64,000 nt of DNA, taken from Octopus sinensis. Its lineage: Eukaryota. The stretch spans positions 62,001-126,000 of the forward strand of contig NW_021831041.1 in the NCBI RefSeq assembly GCF_006345805.1, written 5' to 3'. Below, piece by piece: positions 24,100 through 34,951 of this stretch. Under the pieces are notes generated by a model, which was not told the DNA's origin, did not search any database, and worked only from the letters and a program-made list of their open reading frames with translations. The translations under genes were made by a program, and so were the position numbers. The stretch's first letter is position 1, and every line of letters starts with the position of its first letter.

Positions 24100-26048
24100 A
24101 TGAAAAGTAAAGAACAGTGGAACCACCTCTACTCAATCCCACAAAGTAATGTGAGAACAATCTCACAATGCCTCTCCCTCGAGCGGAGACAGGGCAGTTC
24201 TACCTGTCGATTGACTCTCGCTAACTTATTTCTTGAAGCTGGAAATTCGGTCATTTCGACATATTCAAGTTATTTGAATAAAACATATTTCAGCAAGTGG
24301 AATTTCCGCATCAATAAAAATTCCTGATTTAGTCTCGGGTGTCCTACATTTCCAAATCGGACCAGACGACGAGAGTCACCCAGGTTGCCCCAAATTATCT
24401 CCTCTCAGCACTGGCCGTCTCCGCAGGGTCGAGGATATATATTTACAAAAATTCACGTCCATTCTACTGCTACAATCTCCCCCAGCCTGAAGAAGATAAG
24501 AGAATCGACTCAGCACTTGTTTGACTGTGTAGAATAACAACAAGGAAAGTCTGAATGAGGAAAAAACGGAACTGAGGACAGTCGAGTAATTTTCCTGACT
24601 GAATAGCAGACAGTCGGGAGTAAAAACAACGTATTTAAGTAACAGTCGTCGTTTCATGGAGAACAAAGTGAATGTTTAGGTCAAAAATTGTCTAGTCAGT
24701 GATCTGTTGCATGACCTCTATCAGAAAGAGGAATACAAATGAAGACGAGGTTGAGCACTTGGTTGTGGGGACTGAGGACTGTCGTATTTCGATCATTGAA
24801 ACGACGTGTTTTAAAGTGATAAAACAAGTGTCCATACACCCATCAATCATTAGCTGAAATTAGAGAACATTCCCGTTTTCATTTCCTGTCTTGGATCCCT
24901 CAACATGACGTGCGACATATTTGTCAGTACTCGCTCTGCGCACATTTATCTCATCGAAACGTTCGGATATTGCAGTAAACATTAGTAACACGTTCAAGGC
25001 ACATCCAATTGTGCATCTGAGTGTCCCAGTCGTCGGGATCTTCTCGACCATCGAAGGCGTGGTCGTAGCCTCTCAGGACGGGCTGCTTCAGACGATTACT
25101 AACTCTGTAGTCATCAGACTATATTTAAGGGAAGACAAATCTGGGCATTCCAAATGCCGGCTAAATTTGTCAGCTTCAGAGGAGTGTACTTAGGGAGAGT
25201 TTCGGAGTGGCTTCTGGTCGTGGCTCTCCGCAACAAGCAGATTCGTTTGTACAACAAGAAAAACTTGTGCTCGGTCCTCGATCTAGAATGGAGCATTCAA
25301 GCCGTGGCATTCGGTCGTTATGGGAAATTCAACAATGTCCTGGTTGTGGTCTCCGAAGGCAGGGATAATAAATTCTTAAACTTAGACGGGAATCTCGAAA
25401 TGTTTTCCACGACTGAAAAACGTTGTTGAACTCCGTTGTGTATGACACGTGCAAGGAATATGGTCAAACAGGAGAGAACCGACTCAAAGAAATTGGCAGA
25501 GAAGAGAATTCGATTAGTTTGAACTACTGCTGATTCACACAGATATGCACAAAGTCTACAATTATGACTGCACTTTTATGAAGCTAAAAATACTGAGGGA
25601 ATACATGTCATCAACCAACTACTTGCCTGTCGCCAAAAACGACGATTTGAGATTAAAAATAGATGTTAGCAAAACATACAATATGAGTTCAGTTTGAGGG
25701 GATTGGTCCTGTTTTTATAATCAACATCGACGTCCAGAATGTCGGGCTGAAATCTGAGGTGACCCACGCCTTTGTCGTATTCGACTATAACGATGCCAAC
25801 TACCAACTAAATCCAAGTATTATCCAAGTAAGAATAACTCCTAATGTGCCCTGGTTCCAATGATCGCACCAGGACTGACATACAAAGCCAAAACTACCCT
25901 TTCTTGTTCCCAGGACGCGGGTTTTTCAGAATCCATAAGGGTTGGCTACATTTGACTACTCTAGACAATGCTAATCAAGAAAGATAGTCCGGGACCTCTA
26001 CTAGTCCTGGATCTGGAGGTTCCTCCAAATCAAGGCACTGACATTTAA
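24100..26048 (+). CDS. BBS1: BBSome subunit BBS1, multi-exon
   Basis: LAVSAGSRIYIYKNSRPFY, EHLVVGTED, FGRYG, MHKVY and VPMIAPGL match BBS1 blocks. One segment near 25400 needs a 1-nt correction to keep frame. Confidence 0.88.
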
Positions 26049-26098
26049 AATAAATATAAGTCGACTGAATTGCTAACAAAAGCACAAAATAAGAAAAT

Positions 26099-26507
26099 TT
26101 AGTTTGGGAAAACATTTCTAAAAGACAAATAAGCGTTCACAGTTTCTGCGGAGAGTTCCTTAATGAGGGCGAATTCAGCACAATTGCTGTAACGAAGTGT
26201 GGTGACAGGGTCGGTATAGGGAGCCTACATATGACAGTCAAACCAACTGGAGTCCCTGAAATATCCGAATACCGTTTTAGAGGCCTAGAAGAGTCCCCCG
26301 ACTCAAACAACTCATCTACCCGTTAACCAAGGGATAGAATACAGTGGTAGGGAACATTCGAGGTTCTGTCTGAGTGGAGAATCTGCCTTAAATATCGATG
26401 ATTTCTCCACTTTCTTTGTCGTTCGGGGAGGTTTGCCTACTTCTCCATTACATAAGTAGTGCCTTATATCTTTTATTTTTAAAATTATATTCTGTCGTAA
26501 TGACCAT
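26099..26507 (-). CDS. INO80C: INO80 complex subunit C (Ies6, YL1-C domain); 3 introns, absent from the ORF track
   Basis: Spliced ...LRQILHSDR...RPLKRYSDISGTP|APYTDPVTTLRYSNCAEFALIKELSAETVNAYLSFR. Confidence 0.88.
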
Positions 26508-27479
26508 CCAACAACTCAAGATTCTATTTAATTAATATTTAAATTTAGAAAAGTATTTTATGTTTATTTTCAAAAATATGGCCAAACAAATAATTCCCAA
26601 TTGTCCTCGTTTTTGGTAATTGTTGACTCCGTTGGTTTATCTATTTGTGTTGGCTTTCAAAGCCACTCTAAAAAAACGAGAATCAATACCAAAATTGAAG
26701 CTTCAAATACAGAAAAAGAGTCTTCCGAACAAAATATCAAGTTAAAACAGATATGAACGCTATAAAAGATTTGGTGTATACATTACTGCTAAAACGTTGG
26801 TTTTTAGATTAATACAAGCTCAACAGCAAAAATGCGTACTTCCAAAAAAAAGAAATAAATAAAAAGAAAAGCAGTCGCTAAGCATATCGAGTGAATCCTT
26901 CGCAATCCGGCAAACGAAGACGCCCGCTTGGACAATATGTTATTTGTCTTGCATGCTTACTCTATTTATCCACAGACGTCTCTGTCAATTTCAGGATGCT
27001 TTCAAATACGGATTGCAAATAGATTACCAAAGATAATCATTCTGGCTTCTGATCGCTCTACCAGTGGCACATAATAGATTTAAATACATCAATTAATTAG
27101 TTTAATTGACAAAGATTAGCTGAATAATACTTCTGATGTAATTTTTCCATGCAAAATAAAATGTCTCATAAAACACTTTCTCGGCTGCGAACCTCGGTTT
27201 ATAAGGAATCAATTTTTATGGTCATTATCAAGGTCATAATTTTTGAGTAATATGACTGAATCTAAATTAAGTCTAAATATTTAAATAGTATTTAAGTCCG
27301 GGTATGCCAGGTCAAGACACAACAACAAACAAGCTAAAAAGCAATTATTTAACTAAATAATCACTTTTGTTATTTTATACGTAAAGGTGATAAGACTTGA
27401 ATGGAACTGGATGATCTATTTGAATATTTCTCAGAATACTTAATTTTGATTCATTAATAATTAATCCGTGCCGTAAACG

Positions 27480-28085
27480 ATGTCTGCATTTATTCTGCTG
27501 CTTAACCTTATGTTCACCACAAAATCAGGTATTATGACTATGCTATGTCTAGATCTGGAGGCAGTATCGATTAAATTTCATTCATTAACTGTAATTTGTT
27601 ATAAAAAGTTAATAAAATAGCCGGATCTTATAAAAGCTGTCAAAAAAGTATAAATTTCTGTACATTCCAGGGCCTGTCAGATGTCGTTGAAATAAATGTT
27701 TCGAGAGGTGATTTATCTGCATTTACAATTAAAATAAACGAGTGAATTACAGTTTTTAAACAATAAAAACTAGAGAAGGAGAAGAATTTAAATTTACAGT
27801 TTCAGGAAATACAATTACTATAACAGTCCCTGAGCTAATCAATAATATTAGAAAACCTAAAACAGGCAAGTTTTACAAAATAATATTTCCAAAGATTCAG
27901 ATGACCAAAAACTCTACGACACTCAGGAATTTATAGATTGGGAAATGGAGAAACAAGTACGTATCAGTGTTATGTCAAGAAATACTACCCTCGATATATA
28001 ATATACGTTATACTACTATTGGCAGGGGGGACGTTTTCGGATGATCCAAACAGTGTGCTTTATCCTTCGAAAAAGTATGCTTGCC
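27480..28085 (+). pseudogene. Orphan micro-exon gene copy A (signal-peptide-like start), 3' end broken by a CRE fragment
   Basis: Removing six 23-32 nt introns gives an open frame MSAFILLLNLMFTTKSDLEAVSIKFHSLT|PDLIKAVKK|GLSDVVEIN...|EGEEFKFTVSGNTITITVPELINNIRKPKT|DSDDQKLYDTQEFIDWEMEKQ|KYYPRY. Exon and intron layout is mirrored at 34159-34837. Confidence 0.65.
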
Positions 28086-28099
28086 ACTTCTCATCCCAG

Positions 28100-29049
28100 C
28101 AATCGGAACAACAATACTTGATTCTGCCAATGGAGTTCAACAAGGTGACCCTCTAGGTTTTCTTTTATTCTCCCTCGCAATTCACCATACAACGAGATCG
28201 TGTAAAAATGATCTTAACATGTGGTATTTGGATGATGGAGTAATTGGAGGAACCCCTGAGGGCATCTTGGAAACGCTGAAGTCTTTTGTTTTTAAATTTG
28301 GAGCGCTTGGGCTTGAATTCAACTGCGGCAAATGCGAAATTGTGAATGTCAACACGGACGAACTTTCCTTTCGTAAGTGGATGACCGAATTCGACAAACT
28401 ACTACCTGGATGCACCTTCCCCCTCAAAGAGGACTTGATTTTTCTTGGATCTCCTATTTTTGAAAGTGGTATCAAAGCTGTTATGAAGGCTAAAATTTCG
28501 GAATTTTCCCTTCTCTCTGAAAAATTACGTTGTGTGGATAGCCACATTGGGCTCTTTTTAATGAGGAACTGTCTATCTATTCCGAAGTTAACATACTTTT
28601 TGAGGACGGCCCAATGCTATCAGGAAACAGATCTTCTCGAAGACTATTCCGAGCATATGAGAGCTTGCACTGAGGACATCCTCAACGTTAGCTTCGATAC
28701 GCAGTCGTGGAGACAGGCGACTCTTCCAATTTCCCTGGGAGGGATCGGCTTGATCACCCCGGCAGATTCAGCGCACGGCGCATATTTTTCCTCAGTACTC
28801 TCATCCAGAGATATGATCGACACTGTTCTTTCTCAAATAAACGAACAGAGGAAATCATTTGCTGTGGATGATTGCGTCGCCGTATGGGAAAAGCTGGGAT
28901 TGCCATTGCCATCTGATGTGACCTGCCAATCGGAGTGGACGTCGAAAGTCCACGCCAATACGTTTTCATGCCTAAAGGAAACCATGGACCAGAGAATGTT
29001 GGCTTGTTTACAAGCGGGCAGCCAGCCCCTAAGCGGCGCGTGGCTAAAC
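28100..29049 (+). mobile_element. Internal CRE-clade RT fragment (no endonuclease), reading frame intact
   Basis: GVQQGDPLG, WYLDDG, LGSPI, LSIPKLTYFLRT, WRQATLPISLGGIGL, ending at SGAWLN. No stops within the 324-codon ORF. Confidence 0.92.
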
Positions 29050-29081
29050 AGTTAGTTAGCTTTTCATTTCAATTTGCTTAG

Positions 29082-31464
29082 GCGACTCCCAGGCGGACCC
29101 ACTTTCGGAAATGAATGCAAAAAATGAGTTTTACAGAGTAAGGATGAATAACTATATCAGCAAATTGAAGGGGATGGATTCGTCGATTACGAACAACTAA
29201 ACCGACTGTTCGACTTGAGTTCTTCCAAACAAGGAACCGTCGACGTGGAAGGGACATCAGGCAACCTTCTGAACGACAGTAACGATTGCGGTTATACAAG
29301 TCGAATGGAACACTCTTCCCACGGGGCAAGGAACAACAGATCAAGGAGACTATGCGGAAAATAAGTGCTGGCCAAACCCTCAATTAACTCGCGAATCAGT
29401 CCAAATGACAATGCCAGAAACGACGACATTCTCAGCCCTCCAACAGGAGTACAGGGGAGTCCAACGTCTGGAATATTCAAAAGAAATATCGCAGGATCTC
29501 AAGGAGAACAACAACCATTCCAAAAATGATTTTGGCCTCAAACTGTTCAAAGTAGAGGACACTGAAAGTTCCGTTTCCCACTCATTCTAGAAACTCAGCT
29601 GAGAGACATGGACGAGATCATGGCTGACTTGGAAATGCTCGGAGGTGGTTACGTCATCTCAATTACGTCATAGACCGACAATGCGGTGTCCCCGACTCAA
29701 GGCTGGACATGTCTCCTGTACATGTGACATATCAATGGTAGAAAGTGGAGGATCTCCCTGAAAGGAAGGTCCAATCAAACGAGCATGTTGGAGACTTCCA
29801 GCGAAAAGTTGGGAGTTTAGACAAATTCCAAGGGCATCTCTGCCGAATCAAGTCACGACCAACTCCAAGTTTTGAAGAAGGAAATGGAAATTCAAGTTTG
29901 TCTGTCCCACATTTGCAGGAAGACATCATCAACGAGTATCAACAGGACAATGTAGCCTTACGAGACAAGGTCAAGAAAGTAACTGTCGAAATGGAGGTCC
30001 TTCGAAAGTCCCAGTCTTGTCAGATTCAAAAACTGAATCGACAAATTGGTCAATTAAAGTTAAGTTTTCGTCTCATTTCAGAAATGAGTTGGAAATGAGA
30101 CCAACTCCTGTGTCGGAGTGTCAGGACTGTGTTATTATGCGCCAGGAACACGAGACACTGCAAGCTCGGTTGGAGACAGCAGTCAAGGCAGAGCAAGAGG
30201 CATCGAAAAAGTGCCGAGAACTTGTCGACTCGGTCGAAAATATGAAGAAAGACAACCAAAGACTGACAGAATCGAATTTGTCGCATCTTCAAATTATTTC
30301 GGATGGTGAACAGAACAGGACTTTAATGCAAAATTGTTTGACTCAGGCGACATCTGAGGCTGCCGAAAATGCAGCAAAATACGAAAAAAAGAGTCGAGAA
30401 GAACGAATTTGTCACAGAAAATTGGTATTTCTAAAAGAACTAAAATTCGAGGGCGAGGCAGACAAAACGATCGAATCTTTGCGGAATAGTTTGATGGAAT
30501 GTCAAGCCAAATTGGCCAATGCAACCAAAATTCGGGCAAAGACGACTTATATCGAGAACAAGGAGACAGTCCAGACTCCTCGTTTTAGTCAGAGGAAGAT
30601 GAGCGAACACGTATCGCATATTCGCGCATGCTCAGACTCGTTGCGGACGGAAATAGGTGTTATGCAAAAAAGAGGTTTTGGATTTCCTGACTGTCCAGTG
30701 GTGGGGGGACACAACTGGCACGTGCTGAAGGACCTCCAGTCCCAACTGCACTGGCGAGTGGGGAAACTGAGTGAACTGCTCATTACTGACATCTCCACGC
30801 CAACAAATGAAAATATCCCCGCATTTGTTGATATTTCGACTAAAGAACTTCCCAACGAGTCAATTTCTCGAATGGTTAGATGTGGTGATTTATTTAGCTT
30901 GGAAACATTGAGATGACTCAAGACAAAGTTCTCAAGAAATTAGACTCCCAGACTGTCCAACAACCGATCAAGGACATTGTGACAAGTCAGCAGGTTGTCG
31001 TGTGTCCCCAACAGGCTCTGGTCGAGGCTCTCCAAGCCAAGATTGCCGAGAACGAGGAATTGACCAAACAAATCGAGCTTTTTAAAAAATCCGAAGGGCA
31101 GCTCAGGAAGGAATTGGAGCGACAGGAGATCAGTTTGGCGAGTGCAAGGAGAACTCAGGAACCGGTCCTCGATTTTGTACATTTGTAGACAGCCCGGGAA
31201 TTCGAAAGTCTGATGAGCAGGGTGGAACAGTTGGAGTGCCAGTACGAGAGAGCGGTGGCTGAATCGACCAGACAAGTCTCTGAGTTGGCACTGCTGGGGG
31301 CTGAAGGGACTGACCATACACATTGGGATATACTTTTGGATCAGAGGGATCAAAAAATTAAAAAACTTAAAAAACATTTGACACAAATTTATGAAATTCT
31401 TCAATACATATCAGACCAGGGAATTGACATTCCGATTCCAGAACAGTTTAAAGAATATCTCTGA
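29082..31464 (+). CDS. CEP162: Centriolar coiled-coil protein, CEP162-like, multi-exon
   Basis: N-terminal KNEFYR|QIEGDGFVDYEQLNRLFD and C-terminal FESLMSRVEQLE...WDILLDQRDQKIKKLKKHLTQIYEILQYISDQGIDIP resemble the conserved CEP162 blocks as recalled. Long coiled coils lie between them. Confidence 0.62.
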
Positions 31465-31567
31465 TATTTTTGTCTTTTTCAATTAATATTTCTTATAAAT
31501 TAGGTAATTTATTTATTTTAATAATAAATAAATACCGCATTGAGTCAGTTTTTTTGTAGTCCTAATA

Positions 31568-32194
31568 ATGGCGTGCTGTTGCATCAAACTATTATTTCTG
31601 TTGGTTGCCATCATTCTGGGTTGCACATACTACTCTCAAATCAGAAAAAACACATTTAACGACAACATTCTAAAACAAGCAGCTACAATCCCCCAGAGCC
31701 ATTCCTGCCCAAAAATGATTCAATATCTCCGCGGGAGATTCCCCAACGAAATAATGTCCGGTGAAGATATGAAATGGCTGGGCTATGCAGCCAAGGGGTT
31801 CTCAGGCTTTCTCTGTCCTGTCTACTCTTCCATGTTCGAGACCGTCAGTCTCCTTTACTTTCCCTTCGACCAGACTTCCTACGCTGGGGGGTCCATTTTG
31901 CGTCTGTCCTACGTCGTGCTTAAAGGGAAATTGGTCATCAACAACGGAGAGAGGAACACGACTTTCCTGCCAGGGGATTTGGTGACCAATTTTGAAGGCA
32001 ATTTGATTCACGTGTCAGCCGATACATATGTTCTTGGAAGTGGCAAAGGACTGTCGTTGTTGGGATTCTGGGACATTGCATGGGGTACTTATTTGCCCTA
32101 TATGGACGTGGTCGGGTTTGCCACAATGCTCGTAGGTATTGTGAGGCAGTTGGTCTTTACGTATTTCCAGTACGTTTTGCCATCTTTTCTTTAA
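31568..32194 (+). CDS. SIGMAR1: Divergent sigma-1 receptor / ERG2-family protein, intronless
   Basis: N-terminal TM, LRGRFPNEIMSGEDMKW (cf. LRRLHPGHVLPDEELQW), cupin FLPGD, C-terminal helices. Confidence 0.78.
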   Translation: MACCCIKLLFLLVAIILGCTYYSQIRKNTFNDNILKQAATIPQSHSCPKMIQYLRGRFPNEIMSGEDMKWLGYAAKGFSGFLCPVYSSMFETVSLLYFPFDQTSYAGGSILRLSYVVLKGKLVINNGERNTTFLPGDLVTNFEGNLIHVSADTYVLGSGKGLSLLGFWDIAWGTYLPYMDVVGFATMLVGIVRQLVFTYFQYVLPSFL

Positions 32195-32283
32195 GTTATT
32201 GGGATTGGTGATTTCTTGTTCGAATTGGGTGTCTTAATTAGTCTATTTTGTTCAATAGAGAAGTAATTAAGACAGGCAATTAG

Positions 32284-33207
32284 TTAGTTTTGTTGCTTCA
32301 TCTGCTTAGTCTGAGAAATATTAGGATTAATATGCCTGCGATTGTAGTAGTTCTCCACCGCAGAAATGTCCTATGAATATGATCAATTGTATACCAGATT
32401 GGGCGCCCCCCAGTCAATGGAAGGACTTGTATTGTCTGTCGTTACTGACTGGTGACTACTGCTGATTCTGCTGGAATCTTCGGACATTGTATCCTCACAA
32501 CTGCTCTTTGTTCCAAAAAACGACACGGGGGGGACTGATAGGAGTTCGGGTCCTCGGTCTTTATATTTTTGTGACGAATACTATCCCTGCACATCAGAGA
32601 GGAGTGGGAGACATGGATCGTTTTATAATTTGCATATCAAATGTCGTTTTTGTTTTGTGGTCCTTCTTTCTCATGTCTTTGAGGCTGCTTGTCAAATAGT
32701 CCTTGGGTCTTTTGTCGCGCCAGGGCCTCTTCTTGAGCAAGAGAACAACAACAGTATTGGTCGATCTAAGCAGTTCTCCAATCCTATGGATGGGCCAGCC
32801 AATCTGAAGTCATCTATGTGGGGATCATACAACAAGTCGTCCATTTATTTGTACAAGTTCATCTCCGAATGATATGTTTCCTTTCACGTGAGCAAGACTG
32901 CCAGGAATGACCTCCTCCACCACGCAGTCTCCAAATTCACTTTCAACAAGTTCAAGACCAAGGGACTCGTGAGGAGACGAACGGGGAATGACTGCCATGG
33001 CAGACTGTAGGCATTGTTTATCGAGGTAGCTGAGGCCTATCAAGTCATCAATCTGGTAGGTCATTAGTTTATTCCCATCAATCCCGTCTTTGTAAAAGGT
33101 GTAAGCGACTTGTTTTAAGCCCAAGCCTGATGTAATCACGTGAAAGTACCATCAATCCATTCGTATACTTCGTCTACTGTGAATATTGATACGTTTAATC
33201 TGGACAT
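32284..33207 (-). CDS. Short SAM-PDZ scaffold, CNK/CNKSR-like
   Basis: SAM: FTVDEVYEWIDG|LGL...GIDGNKL. PDZ: SLGLEL...ISFGDELVQING...|IGWPIHRIGELLRSTNTVVVLLLKKRP, matching the CNK PDZ end GW...LKKRP. Ser-rich tail; 3' exons less certain. Confidence 0.75.
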
Positions 33208-33303
33208 TAACCGCAAAATAATCCATTCAAACAAAAATTTGGAATGGATTAGCATGTAAATAAATATATCAATTTCATAAAAATTATAAATGTTGGGTAT
33301 GGT

Positions 33304-33400
33304 CAGGGGTCGGCAACTTTTTTGTTGAAAAGAGCTACTTTTTGCTTAAACAGGAATTAAGCATAATTAAAGAGCCATCATATAACAAATATTTTGTAAA
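33304..33400 (+). mobile_element. Isolated hAT-type terminal sequence
   Basis: CAGGGGTCGGCAACTTTTT...AAGAGC...AAAGAGCC is typical of Charlie/Buster-type ends. No matching right end found. Confidence 0.6.
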
Positions 33401-33984
33401 GAAAATTTCAACATATAATTAATGTGGCGATTGTCCCTGTATCTCATTTGACAATGTTATATCTCGGAAATATAGTTAGTCCCACTATCGGAATGGATCG
33501 TTTTATAATTTGCATGTCAAATGTGTTATATTCCAAATCCAACTATCGGTATCATCTACAAACAAGCTGTTGAGAATATTTTCAGTTCATACAAAATTGG
33601 TAGTTCAAATCACCTGGCTGGTATACCATAAGTTCTTAAACAGACCAAAAATCTTACAAAAATTGACGATTGACGACTCACAATTGACGTTAAAGAAAAG
33701 AAGGAAATTATTGCGTTTTTAAAGATAGTGTATTGTCAGATGGAGTGAAACAGAATCAAAATGAGTCGAATTTAAAGAGGACGGAATCATTATTCAGATT
33801 GTCCAACTCCAAAAAAGACATAGTTTATTTTAAAACATCCGGGATATCAACACATTTTTGAAATGTTTTCTATTAAAAGTTATTTCATTAATTATTTGTC
33901 ATTCTTTAAGCAGGTCTATCAGATTAATACATTTTGTTCTTTGAATTATTTAAGGCTGGCTAGGTTTTTCTTTTCAAAGGACAG

Positions 33985-34095
33985 TAAATACGGGTCATTA
34001 AGTATTCAACTGAAATTTGTTATAAAAAGTTAATAAAATAGCCGGATCTTATAGAAGCTGTCAAAGAAGTATAAATTTCTGTACATTTCAGGGAT
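33985..34095 (+). pseudogene. Orphan gene family fragment C (two introns and one micro-exon)
   Basis: Near-identical to 27593-27671 (ttgttataaaaagttaataaaatagccggatcttata...gtataaatttctgtacatt), with one donor changed from GT to GA. Confidence 0.75.
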
Positions 34096-34158
34096 TGCGA
34101 TCGTTTCAGCGTGCTATCACACAGAACAGGTGACAATAATTAATCTGTCCTATAAACA

Positions 34159-34837
34159 ATGTCTGTGTTCATTTTGCTGCATAACCTTGTCCTCAACACA
34201 AAATCAGGTACTATTAGTATACTATGTCTAGATCGGGAGACATTAATGATTAAATTTCATTCAGTCACTGTAATTTGAAATGTTAATAAAATAGGAGGAT
34301 ATTTTCAAAGCTGTCAGTATAAACTTTTGTAAATTTCATGGCCTGTCAGATTTCATTGCAATAAGTGGAGTGAGATTTGATAAATTGCTGACATGATAAT
34401 TCAAATAAGAAAGTGTATTTCAGTTATTAAACATACAAATTAGAAAAACCGACCAATTTGAATTTACAGTTGCAGAGGAACAAATTGAGATAACAGTCCC
34501 TGAGCTAATTCATAATATTAGAAAACCCAAAATATGTAAGTTTTACAAAATGATATTTTCCAAAGATTCGGACTCTACGTTCCAAATGAATTCACATAAT
34601 GGGAAATAAAGAAACAAGTAAGTAGCCATGTTAAGTTCAGAAATACTACCCTGGATATATAATGTACTTTATACTACTACTTTCAGAGGGACGCTTTCGG
34701 ATGTTCCAAATAGCATGCTTTGTCTTCGAAAAAATTTTTGTAACAAGTTTTCAGCCCACCAAACAAATTTTAAATCTTTCAGAAATCAACATGCTCAGAA
34801 ATTAGATTGCAGAAATAATTGTATGACAAATTTATAA
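34159..34837 (+). pseudogene. Orphan micro-exon gene copy B, with frameshifts and stops
   Basis: MSVFILLHNLVLNTKS|DRETLMIKFHSVT|... collinear with copy A, including intron positions. It carries deletions, a premature TAA and one acceptor changed from AG to AT. Confidence 0.7.
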
Positions 34838-34951
34838 ATTTTTTCCAAATATAGCTAATTTTTTAATCCAGTAAATTCAAATTCTCTATAGCCCCTACTC
34901 CTATGGCAATTCAAAATAATTAGATTAAAAATAATATTAGTGTTATAGGTG

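Noticed and set aside
25395-25460. Apparent premature stop in BBS1
   Set aside because: It can be resolved by a 1-nt change in a T run plus a micro-intron. The rest of the gene is well conserved, so it is not called a pseudogene.
26520-27450. Possible further micro-exon gene divergent from INO80C
   Set aside because: Some GT-AG segments and protein-like pieces (ILRNPANEDARLDN) occur, but no consistent frame or homology could be established.
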